Assembly (NCBI GenBank): GCA_050633245.1
Contig: JBOEGD010000007.1
Location: forward strand, 114,196 to 178,195
DNA: 64,000 bases
Origin: Calditrichia bacterium
GTDB lineage: Bacteria > Calditrichota > Calditrichia > RBG-13-44-9 > J075
Direction: 5' to 3'
Part shown: positions 29,201 through 37,973 of the stretch, one piece after another
Layout: each line of letters begins with the position of its first letter
How positions within the stretch are numbered: the stretch's first letter is position 1
Position numbers and translations under genes: made by a program
The notes under the pieces: model-generated
The model's database searches: none
What the model was told of the DNA's origin: nothing
Seen by the model: the letters and a program-made list of their open reading frames with translations, nothing else

Positions 29201-29355
29201 AAACTCTCGTTAATGCGCAGCAGAAAGCCGGATCACAAATGGTTGACTGGGATGGGACAGATGATTCCGGCAATCGAGTTGCCAGCGGTATCTATCTGTA
29301 TCGATTAAAAGTGGAAGACAATATATTCTCTCGAAAAATGTTGCTTGTTCGTTAG
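26287..29355 (+). CDS. Secreted FG-GAP/VCBS repeat protein with two Ig-like (Big_5-type) domains and FlgD-Ig/sorting domain
   Basis: Many D.D.DGD.D repeats followed by W.EN.G, two Ig-like segments, AQNYPNPFNPST tail. Start MLKG at 26287 after GAGGA. Confidence 0.88.
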   Translation: MLKGITLYLCCITFFSVTTFAQNLEINSISPSPNQLNVDANSTLTITFNLDVDNSTVNASTIVLRGSQSGVLPATYAVNNAIVVIDPASDFRLGERISLTLTTGIQSSGGSPLQRGHTYSFTIRSATVATSALSFAQRDMSSIGQQGREVQALDYDKDGDLDILASAEGVPERLHIFENRGNNEFCAFQPGVAFRFIEMFDIDGDGDFDSFGSTGAFDTEINWFENEGSTPFTERFISSTDPWTMTGGDIDSDGDIDLLAAVLIPNRLLWFANDGSGNFSSGTSIPTSFGGGSDSYFHIVDMNGDGAMDILAFQRDDRTLVWYENDGSQSFTEININTGTDRSRIEYGDIDSDGDIDIARSSLENSPSEPLSWFENTGSSFTEHPITTSATNRLAGLFVGDADGDGATDILAGAFLFRNDGSQNFAEVLINEGLSTGFTPFSYALGLADMDEDGDIDLLSTGIYAVSWQERTPLMQVLSTNPQNGDVDVEAGTGIQITFSEDVGSSAASSIRVYSQVRGNIEGTISGSGSSTLTFQPNAVFLPGEQISVSIHPETAGADGKLETGYGFTFQAATRATNQFTFSAHPIQNMASNVSGLDVADIDGDGDIDLLSTSFSELFWHENDGNGSFTPISLPISDVPVSVFATDYNTDGFMDIWIDYDGGSSSSVYLNDGSQNFSELTNVGRGELQQTLDINHDGDTDLLFLAYINDWILWTDYACEGHIEVGNVPRVATRAAVAADIDNDGDTDFIGAAFGAGASLYENVGHMLYINSPIDNANTIAAEIADLNNDNIPDPIFIENFSALVWYQTSLAGDSISFGARQEIAPLNQDPRDVLAADIDGDGDPDVVGVSRNDDKVVWYENRLNEVGNDFGPEQSIGTASNGPIQVEAADLDGDGDLDIIVISEQDDRLIWFENNGTPVGIHDNDSQTALTFHLAQNYPNPFNPSTTIEYSLPRSSTVTLVIYNTAGQKIKTLVNAQQKAGSQMVDWDGTDDSGNRVASGIYLYRLKVEDNIFSRKMLLVR

Positions 29356-29498
29356 CCTAAACACGCTTTTAGTCAAATAAAGATTCGTCTTTAAAATAGA
29401 AAAAAAATACTGCTCAAAACCAGAAGATTATTAGCCGTTTTTGTTACAAACGGCTTATATATTAAATTGTTAAATAATCGAAATGGCCGGAGCAGTTA

Positions 29499-31319
29499 AT
29501 GACATACAAAAATAGCTTTTTATTGATCCTCCTTGCTATTCTGGCATATGCGATCTGGTTAAGTAATGATTTTAAAATTATTGCTGCCGGAGTCGCTATC
29601 TTTCTATTCGGAATGTTGTTTCTTGAGCAGGGCTTTACGGCCTTTACCGGCGGTGCGCTTGAGACTTTGTTGAAACGATCGACTAATACACTTTGGAAAA
29701 GCCATTTTTTTGGTATTATAACCACATCATTAATGCAATCGAGCTCACTGGTATCTGTCATTACCATTTCATTTCTAAGTGCCGGGATGATCCAGCTTGC
29801 TGCCGGCGTTGGTATCATCTTTGGTGCCAATATCGGTACGACAACCGGGGCCTGGTTAATGGCCGGCCTGGGCATGAAGGTTAAGATTTCAGCCTACGCA
29901 ATGCCAATGCTGATCTTCGGACTGGTGCTAGTTCTCCAAAAAAAATCGCAGCTAAAAGGAATTGGTTATATTCTTACCGGACTTGGTTTTTTGTTTTTAG
30001 GTATCCACTACATGAAGGAAGGATTTGAAGCCTACAAGGAATCAATTAATCTGGTTAAGTTTGCAATGGACGGGTTTTCCGGATTAATCGTTTTTGCAGG
30101 CATTGGCATACTTGCTACGGTCATTATGCAGTCCAGCCATGCAACCTTGATGCTGATTATTACCGGTTTGGCAGCAGGACAAATCACATATGAAAATGCT
30201 CTTGCCCTGGCGATAGGTGCGAATATCGGCACGACGGTTACCGCCGTTCTGGGTTCAATAAGTGCCAACATTGCCGGTAAGCGCTTGGCTGCTGCCCATA
30301 TGGTGTTTAACTCTATCACCGCCCTCATTGCCATTCTTTTCATCAGTCAGTTTCGCTGGAGCGTCAACACCATCGCCGAAATAGTAGGCATTGCCGAAAA
30401 TGACTGGACGCTTAAACTGGCGATATTCCACACTCTTTTTAACATTACCGGTGTTCTGGTTATGCTTCCCTTTATCTCCCCTCTTGTTCAATTTTTGGAG
30501 AGAAAAATAACCTCGCCTCTAAAAGAGACCAGTGAGCGACAAGTAGGTCTACAGCCAATGTATCTGAATGATGCCGCGTTATTGCTGCCGGATACCGGCT
30601 TGGAGGTTGTAATTAAAGAGACATCAAACCTCTTCGACAATTCCTTCGAGGTTGTTGCACATGGCTTAAACCTTCACCGAACAGATATACTGATGGGGCG
30701 CAGCCTGGATGAAATTGTAGCTAACTCGAGGGAGTCCATGGAGATCGATGTACTCGAGAAATACTATGAAGGTATAAAAAACCTTTATAGCACAATTATT
30801 GAATTTGTTGCACGCGCCAGTGCAATTAACAATATTACAGAAGAGCAGTTAGCGTCTCTTTACAGTTTACGCATTGTTTGCAGGGAAATTGTTGAGATCA
30901 TAAAGGAAATATCCCATATGCGCCCCAACATTGAGCTATATATGGGAACTGACAATGAGTTCATGTTGCAGGAATATAATGCCATTCGAAAGAACCTGGC
31001 ATCTATCCTCAGGACGATATATCGCATTAGAGATTCCAAAGATGAAGTGTCTTTTTTTATAGCTCTTAAAGAGATGGAAGAAGACCTGGAAAAAAGCGAT
31101 GTATTGGCAAATGGAACGCTGGATAAGCTTATTAGAGATCAGTTGATATCTCCGGCGATGACGTCGAGCCTGATGAACGATAGTGCATCGGCGTATGAAA
31201 TCGGCAAAAAACTGATTGAAATCGCCAAACGCATGTTTACTGCGGAAGGAAGTGATTTAAAAGTAATTGAACAGGAATTGCTGCTTCAATCAGAAGAATT
31301 TTTGACTTCCACCGAATGA
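29499..31319 (+). CDS. Na+/Pi cotransporter family protein with PhoU-like C-terminus
   Basis: Two QSS repeats (LMQSSS, IMQSSHA) and GANIGTT twice. Confidence 0.9.
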   Translation: MTYKNSFLLILLAILAYAIWLSNDFKIIAAGVAIFLFGMLFLEQGFTAFTGGALETLLKRSTNTLWKSHFFGIITTSLMQSSSLVSVITISFLSAGMIQLAAGVGIIFGANIGTTTGAWLMAGLGMKVKISAYAMPMLIFGLVLVLQKKSQLKGIGYILTGLGFLFLGIHYMKEGFEAYKESINLVKFAMDGFSGLIVFAGIGILATVIMQSSHATLMLIITGLAAGQITYENALALAIGANIGTTVTAVLGSISANIAGKRLAAAHMVFNSITALIAILFISQFRWSVNTIAEIVGIAENDWTLKLAIFHTLFNITGVLVMLPFISPLVQFLERKITSPLKETSERQVGLQPMYLNDAALLLPDTGLEVVIKETSNLFDNSFEVVAHGLNLHRTDILMGRSLDEIVANSRESMEIDVLEKYYEGIKNLYSTIIEFVARASAINNITEEQLASLYSLRIVCREIVEIIKEISHMRPNIELYMGTDNEFMLQEYNAIRKNLASILRTIYRIRDSKDEVSFFIALKEMEEDLEKSDVLANGTLDKLIRDQLISPAMTSSLMNDSASAYEIGKKLIEIAKRMFTAEGSDLKVIEQELLLQSEEFLTSTE

Positions 31320-31334
31320 AACTGAGGAGACATC

Positions 31335-31598
31335 ATGACACAGAAAAAAAGGCTCAAAAAGATTGTCACTGCGGTTAAGAAAATATTGGGAGACAACACA
31401 AAAGTCAAGAAGCTTAAAAAAGCGAACGCGCTCAAAAGCTTTATTGAAAAGATGATAAAAAAGCGTCAGGAAATTAAAAAAACACTCGCAAAGGGCAAGC
31501 TAAAAAAAGATCGTGAGAGTGAGCTTGTACGGAATCTTGAAACGCTGAGTAAACAAATTAAGAAAGCAAAAAAAGTATTAGAGAAAATAGAAGCTTAG
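31335..31598 (+). CDS. Small lysine-rich coiled-coil hypothetical protein
   Basis: RBS GAGGAG, 15 bp after the symporter, very basic. Confidence 0.65.
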   Translation: MTQKKRLKKIVTAVKKILGDNTKVKKLKKANALKSFIEKMIKKRQEIKKTLAKGKLKKDRESELVRNLETLSKQIKKAKKVLEKIEA

Positions 31599-31775
31599 TA
31601 AGCTTTTTCTTATCATGTAATCCGGCTCTAGCAGGTTTTAGCAGCACATTTACCAGTCTGGTAATATCTAAACGAACAGAATAGCCAGGCTACGGCACCA
31701 TCTCGTTTAGCCAGTTGGCTGGGTATTTCACCAGCCATCAATCGGGCTTGTTACATTCTGTAAGCTCCTCGATCG

Positions 31776-32975
31776 TTACCGGAAAAGATTTTGCAACGTC
31801 ATGACCGTTTTTTTAGTTTCTTCATTTCTTTTAAATTTCAAAACAATTTCCCTACCCGGCTCGCTTGCACAAAGACGCCATATATCTTCTAGCGTCAGTT
31901 TGTCTGCAGGCACTCCGTTTATGCGTATGAAAATATCCCCAGGCTCTAAGCCTGCAGTAGCAGCGGGGCTATGGTCATAAACCCGAAATACCGTTTTCTT
32001 CCCTTCCTGCTCAATAACCCAAAGGCCTGAGTTATCATCAGGAATTCCCGCGGTAATAGGATATTCTTCACCAAAGAGAATTCGACCGTGGGGATAATCT
32101 AAAATCAGATCCTGCCGCGCAAGAATATTCGCTCCGATCGTCCCGGCATTTGTCCGGCGCTCCGTGCCGGCTGCTTCGATAGTTACTCCGGCGCGACTGT
32201 AACGGTATTCTCTTCCGGCGAAGTTGAGCAAATCTATCACAAACTCACGATTTTCTGTGGTTCCTCCGCCACCAAGTCCGGTGGTGGCTATCGAATTAGG
32301 TGTCGTCTGCTCCAGGTTTGCCTCTTCATAAAAGTTCAAGGCAAATCCTAAACCGGATAAACTTCCGGTATCCAGTTTCAAGCGAGAGAAATAAGCACGA
32401 CCCGAATCTTGCTTTATGGAAAAAGGAACCAGTACTTCATTAGCGATAATATCAATTGGAACAACCCTGACCTTGTTCCCCTGAACGTGCTTCTCGGGAG
32501 AAAAGACCTGCATCATTTTCTCCTTGAAATTCAGATACAATACATGCCTGGCAATAAAAGGATGCCCTAGAATGCCCTGAAACTCAAATCCAATAAATGC
32601 TCTAAATTGTCGAAGCGGGGCTGTTCGTGCAGCCAATACCTCAAGCTGAACCTCTTCTAAATTAAAGGAAAAGCCTTCAGTAATTCCCATCTCAACCTCG
32701 CCGCCAGGCTGTAACACAGCCTGTGAATTGTAAACTGTTAATCCAAGCTCAGCTGCGAACTCCGTATCGACGATGTTTTCATCGAATCCGGTATCGATTA
32801 GAAAGAGACCGGTCCGACCTCCATCAAACGTCAATTCAAGAAAGGGCAGTCCAAAATCGGTACGCATTTTCACCTTCACAAGTGCATCGCCTTTTGACAA
32901 TGGGCTTGCATACAAATCGGCGATCCCCCCAATCATTAAACATACCAACAGCAGGTTACGAGCAAGTGTGCACAT
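31776..32975 (-). CDS. Retropepsin-like aspartyl protease (two DTG motifs) with C-terminal PDZ domain
   Basis: FLIDTG, GILG, KLDTGS, GTIG, SPAATAGLEPGD. Confidence 0.85.
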   Translation of the reverse strand: MCTLARNLLLVCLMIGGIADLYASPLSKGDALVKVKMRTDFGLPFLELTFDGGRTGLFLIDTGFDENIVDTEFAAELGLTVYNSQAVLQPGGEVEMGITEGFSFNLEEVQLEVLAARTAPLRQFRAFIGFEFQGILGHPFIARHVLYLNFKEKMMQVFSPEKHVQGNKVRVVPIDIIANEVLVPFSIKQDSGRAYFSRLKLDTGSLSGLGFALNFYEEANLEQTTPNSIATTGLGGGGTTENREFVIDLLNFAGREYRYSRAGVTIEAAGTERRTNAGTIGANILARQDLILDYPHGRILFGEEYPITAGIPDDNSGLWVIEQEGKKTVFRVYDHSPAATAGLEPGDIFIRINGVPADKLTLEDIWRLCASEPGREIVLKFKRNEETKKTVMTLQNLFR

Positions 32976-33091
32976 AAAGTTTTCTCCCTTCAGGTTTTAC
33001 CGTCATTCAATGCTATAAGTGCATTGTTTTGGAGGAAATCTAGTCTAATTCTCCGGAGTGAGCGTCGCAGATTCCGAAAGAGAGACAATCT

Positions 33092-34207
33092 TCAGGGATT
33101 TTTCAGCGTTTTGATAAATTCGGTCGGTGTTATTCCAGTTTGTTTCTTAAAAGCACGATTAAATGCTGCCTTGGAATTAAATCCGGCTTCAAGTGCGAGG
33201 CTGAGGAGCACCTTCGAGTGATGCTCTCCGTTCATTAATCTGCGTTTCACCTCGTCGACTCGATAGGAATTGATGAAATGAAAGAAATTCATTCCGTATT
33301 CTTCGTTCAAAATCTGCGAAAGATATTTTGGAGGGATTGCAGACAATTCCGAGAGCTGGCTTATATTCAGCTCCGGATTAAGATAAGGTTGGTTCTCGTG
33401 AATAAACGTCAGCAATTTTTTCTGATATGTTGCCTTGTCGGCTTCCTTGAGTATGGAGCTCTGGTATTTTACGGCAGGTTCTTTTTGTAGAAGATACACC
33501 TCGGGCACATCGAGTCCATGATAGATAAGGGCAATTGAAAGCATAAACCATGAAAGCACTTCGAGCATGACTATAAAGCGAAATGTATTTTCGTCATTCA
33601 GGAGATCATCAAACAGAAAATTCAATAATCCTGTGCAGCTGAACAAAATGAAACTTAGAAGCAAAAACCACAACAGTTTTCGATGATTTGCCTTAACCTT
33701 TCTATTTAGCCCATCCTCATGCTTCAACGTACGATATAATACTCGCGATGTGATTAGGAGAAACAGGAGGCAAAGAAGGTTTCCAGCTAAGGGGATAACA
33801 TATCCGATAAGCGGATTATTGGGAATTTCCCTGATGTATTGCACCTTTGCATCGAAAGACAGGATATGATAATCGAAGAAGAAAAATACGGTCAGTAAAA
33901 TCGCCGGCAAAAAATATAGTGATTCTCCCCAACTGATGTGGAAGTCTTTTTGCGTAGACATCTTCACATATATGACAAGCAGAGGAATAGCGATTAGAAA
34001 TGTATAATTGAAAATAAACAAAAACTCTGGATATTCAAGGACATTGAAGTTTGCCTGATAATAGTGGTCGACAAATCCCAGGCTCATAAAAAAAAGGAGC
34101 AAAGAGAGGTATCTGTTAGACCGGTTCTTAAGTCGATCCTTGCTAATAAGGAAAGCCGCAAAGAGCAGACAATTAAATGTGGCAATAGCCAGTAATAGAT
34201 TCAACAT
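33092..34207 (-). CDS. Membrane-bound AraC-family transcriptional regulator
   Basis: About 7 TM segments, then PYLNPEL..LSQILNE...NF..FINSYRV...EAGFNSKAAFNRAFKK.TG.TP. Confidence 0.9.
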   Translation of the reverse strand: MLNLLLAIATFNCLLFAAFLISKDRLKNRSNRYLSLLLFFMSLGFVDHYYQANFNVLEYPEFLFIFNYTFLIAIPLLVIYVKMSTQKDFHISWGESLYFLPAILLTVFFFFDYHILSFDAKVQYIREIPNNPLIGYVIPLAGNLLCLLFLLITSRVLYRTLKHEDGLNRKVKANHRKLLWFLLLSFILFSCTGLLNFLFDDLLNDENTFRFIVMLEVLSWFMLSIALIYHGLDVPEVYLLQKEPAVKYQSSILKEADKATYQKKLLTFIHENQPYLNPELNISQLSELSAIPPKYLSQILNEEYGMNFFHFINSYRVDEVKRRLMNGEHHSKVLLSLALEAGFNSKAAFNRAFKKQTGITPTEFIKTLKNP

Positions 34208-34217
34208 ACCCTATAAT

Positions 34218-34250
34218 AAAAAGGCACCCGCTGCAAATGCAACGGGTGCC
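34218..34250 (-). terminator. Rho-independent terminator downstream of the OmpA gene
   Basis: Minus strand reads GGCACCCGTTGCATTTGCAGCGGGTGCC-TTTTT, a long GC stem plus U-tract. Confidence 0.85.
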
Positions 34251-34276
34251 GATAAAAAGTTAGCCACTCTCATAAA

Positions 34277-35794
34277 TTACTTGGTGCGAACGAACTCGAT
34301 ACGACGGTTCTGAGCACGGCCTTCAGCAGTCTTGTTGTCTGCAATCGGACTGTCTTCACCAAAACCCACAGCCTTCACGCGATTACCAACGACGCCTTTA
34401 CGTAACAACCATGCACGAACAGAATCAGCACGACGCTGCGAGAGACGCTGGTTGCTTCTTGCGCCACCCTGGCTATCGGTAAAGCCATGAATTTCAACTT
34501 CCATGTCCGGATAAGCTACCAACGTTTGGTACGCTTGCTCAAGAATAGCTTCGGATGTAGAGGTAATCGCAGATTTACCTGATGCGAAGACAATACCATC
34601 AAGCACAATTCTGGCTCCGACATTTGTTACTTCAAGAACCACATCGTCATCAGCGTTGAGTGGGTTCGTACCACGAGCAACTTCTGCACCGTCGTTTACG
34701 GAACCGGCATCGGTATCAGCGACAAGAGGATTCGTCTTATTAACTTTCACCTCTTTGCCGTCATTTAAACCATCATCATCGGTATCAGCTTTTAAAGCAT
34801 CCGTTTTATATTCACTCAGCTCAGAACCATCATCCAGGCCATCGCTGTCTGTATCATTTTTGTTCGGATCCGTTTTGGAAACTTCAATCTCATCCTTATC
34901 ACTGAGACGATCACCATCGCTGTCTTTTTTCAGCGGATTGGTATTATGCTTCAGTGCTTCACTCATATCATCCAGACCGTCACCATCGCTATCCGCGTTG
35001 TTGGGGTCGGTGTTATAGGTGCCAACTTCTTCACCATCAGCAAGACCGTCGTCATCGGTATCAGCCTTCAAAGGATCGGAATTGTGCTGGGTAACTTCTT
35101 CACCATCACTGAGACCATCACCATCGGTATCGTAATTTTCCCTATCGGTACCCAGCTTCTTTTCTTCTTTATTTAATAGGCCATCAGCATCAGGATCTTG
35201 ATTAGAGCTCAGCGTAAACGTAAGCCCGCCCATTCCACTAAACCATCCATCATTTCCATCTGAAGAGGCGTTCTGATTCAACGCATCTGAATTGGTAAGA
35301 TGATAGCCACCACTTAGATCAAGCGAGACAATATCTGTAATTTTCAGCTGAAAACCACCACCACCAGTGCCATAGGGAACCCAACCACTCGATTCGAGAG
35401 TTGCATCAATTACGGCAGGTGCTTCGCTAACCTCATAGTAAACACCACCAGCTCCACCATAAATGTAGGGGCTAAAATACTCGGTCCAGAACAATCGAAC
35501 CAGCAGGCGATAGTCGCCAGAGTTGATATCTGTGGTATATGGGTTGGTATCTTCACTTGTTAATTTTCCAAGAAAATTACCGGTAATCTGTCCTTCCACC
35601 GGGCCCAAAATACTATGGCGGATAAAAGCACTGGCCTGAATGCCAAACTTTTCATCGCGGCCAAAGTCGAGATCGCCAATTGTTGGTCCACCTGCCAAGC
35701 CAAGTGCCACTCCGCGAGTACGCAGTTGTGCCATCATTGAGGTGGTCAATAAAACCACAAGAGCAATCGTTAAGTATGTACGAATTCCAGACAT
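34277..35794 (-). CDS. OmpA-family outer-membrane protein with Ca-binding (TSP3-like) DxDxDGLxDxxE repeats
   Basis: N-terminal barrel, about 8 DTDxDGLxDGxE repeats, GFTDSQG, NQRLSQRRA, GRAQNRRIEF. ATG 35794 after GGAGGA. Confidence 0.92.
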   Translation of the reverse strand: MSGIRTYLTIALVVLLTTSMMAQLRTRGVALGLAGGPTIGDLDFGRDEKFGIQASAFIRHSILGPVEGQITGNFLGKLTSEDTNPYTTDINSGDYRLLVRLFWTEYFSPYIYGGAGGVYYEVSEAPAVIDATLESSGWVPYGTGGGGFQLKITDIVSLDLSGGYHLTNSDALNQNASSDGNDGWFSGMGGLTFTLSSNQDPDADGLLNKEEKKLGTDRENYDTDGDGLSDGEEVTQHNSDPLKADTDDDGLADGEEVGTYNTDPNNADSDGDGLDDMSEALKHNTNPLKKDSDGDRLSDKDEIEVSKTDPNKNDTDSDGLDDGSELSEYKTDALKADTDDDGLNDGKEVKVNKTNPLVADTDAGSVNDGAEVARGTNPLNADDDVVLEVTNVGARIVLDGIVFASGKSAITSTSEAILEQAYQTLVAYPDMEVEIHGFTDSQGGARSNQRLSQRRADSVRAWLLRKGVVGNRVKAVGFGEDSPIADNKTAEGRAQNRRIEFVRTK

Positions 35795-35940
35795 ATTGTC
35801 CTCCATTGTAGAAAAAATCAGTCGTTTTTTCCTTGTTGAATGTAGCTAATTCTAACCCCTAAAAATCTATTTGCAGGCCCCTTTTAGACTTCTGCATTAC
35901 AACTTCTGTCACTTACCCTGAGAAATAGTACTCACTTTTA

Positions 35941-35956
35941 AACAAACCTCATGCCA
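35941..35956 (-). promoter_or_regulatory. Candidate sigma-54 promoter for the OmpA gene
   Basis: Minus strand TGGCATGAGGTTTGTT. IHF-like AAACAAATATTTA near 36015-36027 and palindrome TGAAG-N5-CTTCA at 36086-36100 lie further upstream. Confidence 0.45.
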
Positions 35957-36281
35957 GCATAGCTATCAATCGTTCTGCACACTCGTGCGTACGAAAGAAT
36001 TCAAAACAAATAAAAACAAATATTTAAAGGAGATTAGAGAGTTGATTTCTATCCTCATAAAGGCGATTAATATTCTCTAAAGTCGTGAAGTTTCACTTCA
36101 TGTGTGTGATTTCTGCCAATAAATTTACTATTATCGGTAAAATCTTATAAAACATGAATCAATGCAAGTAAAAAGTGCGCAACTCTTACACAGTTTTAAT
36201 AGCATCTTGACAACTAAACAAAGGAATATCAGGATTTGCTAAGAAAGTATAGATAAGAGAGATAATTCTTGGGAGGGAATC

Positions 36282-37877
36282 TTATTTGAGTTTTACAACG
36301 ATACCGAGACGACGTAATTCGTCAATCTTTCCTTCAGAGTAGCCTAATTCCATTAACACTTCGGCAGTGTGCTCACCCAAGTTCGGGGCAGTATTTGAAA
36401 TTCGCGGGTGCGTGTGTGAGAATTTGAGCGGTATTCCGATAGTCTTCACTTTGCCAAATTGTGGATGCTCACGTACATCGACCATTCCTCTGGACTTAAT
36501 ATGCGGATCATCTTCAATATCTTCCACATCCAAAACAGGTGTTAAACAATAGTCTCCTGCCCCAATTTGATCGAGCCAATAATCTCGCGGCTTTCCTTTA
36601 AACAGAGAAACAATTTCCTTCCGTAATTTTGTCGCTTCCCTGCCAGATGAATTCATTTTATCCAGCCATTTAGGCTTTCCGGCAAGTTCGCAAAAGCGCG
36701 TCCAGAATTTCGGTTCTACTGCGCCAAGCGCGACATACTTTCCGTCTTTACAGCGATAAGTGCCATACGCAGCCATTCCCCGTGTTAGCGGCTGCTGCGA
36801 CGGCGGAAGTTTTTCACCGGTAGACCAGTAATGTGCCAGAGGAAGGCTCATCATGGGTAGAGCTGCATCGAGAAGAGAAACATCGACACGCTGCCCCTGC
36901 CCGGTTCGATCGCGTGCAAGTAAGGCAGCCATACACGCATTCATTGCCATATAGGCTCCGGCAACATCGGTAATCTGAGCACCTGGCACCACAGGTTCTC
37001 CACGATCATTTATCGTATTGGACAATATGCCAGACAAGCCAAGGTAATTCACATCATGACCAGTATTTTGGGCATAGGGGCCGCTCTGACCATATCCGGT
37101 CAGAGATACATAAATGACGCGTGGATTGGTTTTTATTGCCTCAACATAATCCAGACCAATCTTTTGCAATACGCCCGGCTTAAATTGCTCTACTACAATA
37201 TCCGCAGTCTTCACAAGATCAAAAAAGACCTCCTGTCCCCTTTCTTCACTCAGGCGAAGCGCCAAACTACGCTTCGATCGGTTCACGGCCATGTAGCCAG
37301 CTGAAAGATCGTTAACATATGGAGGATAATCCCGCATATAATCCGGGCTGATAATGTCTTCAATCTTTATGACATCGGCGCCCATATCAGCCATCATCAT
37401 CGTTGCCAAGGGTCCGGGATAAAGACGTGTCAGATCCAGAATCCGTATTCCGGAAAGCGGTCCCGTGCCCAACTTAACGGGCTTAGGCCATGGGATATTG
37501 CGCTCTTCATAACCGTCGGAAGTCACCGGATCGGTTCGACGCACAATCTTCTGAGGCAGCTTGATTTCACTGGGATCTTCGATAATCTCTGCGTCTTCAA
37601 TAAACGGCTCTTTAACCGGCGTTTCGACTGGAGCATCTACGACAGTATTCTGCATGCTGGAAAGCTGTCGCTCTTCTGCAGATAGCTTTCGTACCGGCTG
37701 CGGCTGACTTGAATCTTGTCGCTTAATATCCGGTAAAGCGCGGATATCAATATCGACCTTGCTGTCTTCATCACCGTTTAGCGAGGAAACCAGAGGGTGC
37801 GGGTCTGTCTGTAACGGATCTTTGCGACGAACAACGCTTTTTTTCTTGCCACCACTGTTCAACGCCAAAATCGGCAA
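36282..37877 (-). CDS. CaiB/BaiF class III CoA-transferase / alpha-methylacyl-CoA racemase-like, with long N-terminal linker; start uncertain, in frame with the upstream ORF
   Basis: PLSGIRILDL, ADMGADVIKIE, NRSKRS, TGYGQSGPY, GHDVNY, AP.LGEHT. Confidence 0.88.
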   Translation of the reverse strand: MPILALNSGGKKKSVVRRKDPLQTDPHPLVSSLNGDEDSKVDIDIRALPDIKRQDSSQPQPVRKLSAEERQLSSMQNTVVDAPVETPVKEPFIEDAEIIEDPSEIKLPQKIVRRTDPVTSDGYEERNIPWPKPVKLGTGPLSGIRILDLTRLYPGPLATMMMADMGADVIKIEDIISPDYMRDYPPYVNDLSAGYMAVNRSKRSLALRLSEERGQEVFFDLVKTADIVVEQFKPGVLQKIGLDYVEAIKTNPRVIYVSLTGYGQSGPYAQNTGHDVNYLGLSGILSNTINDRGEPVVPGAQITDVAGAYMAMNACMAALLARDRTGQGQRVDVSLLDAALPMMSLPLAHYWSTGEKLPPSQQPLTRGMAAYGTYRCKDGKYVALGAVEPKFWTRFCELAGKPKWLDKMNSSGREATKLRKEIVSLFKGKPRDYWLDQIGAGDYCLTPVLDVEDIEDDPHIKSRGMVDVREHPQFGKVKTIGIPLKFSHTHPRISNTAPNLGEHTAEVLMELGYSEGKIDELRRLGIVVKLK

Positions 37878-37973
37878 CTTTTCTTTTTTTGAAATAGGCC
37901 GCGCTACCGTTAAGAGCTCCCATCCTGAGGGCTCATCGGGTGGAGGACGGTCATCCTCAGCGGCTGCCTGGCT

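Noticed and set aside
37878-37892. -1 frameshift at A-AAA-AAG as the entry into the CaiB frame
   Set aside because: The frame that would have to shift contains TAA and TAG just upstream and has no start after them.
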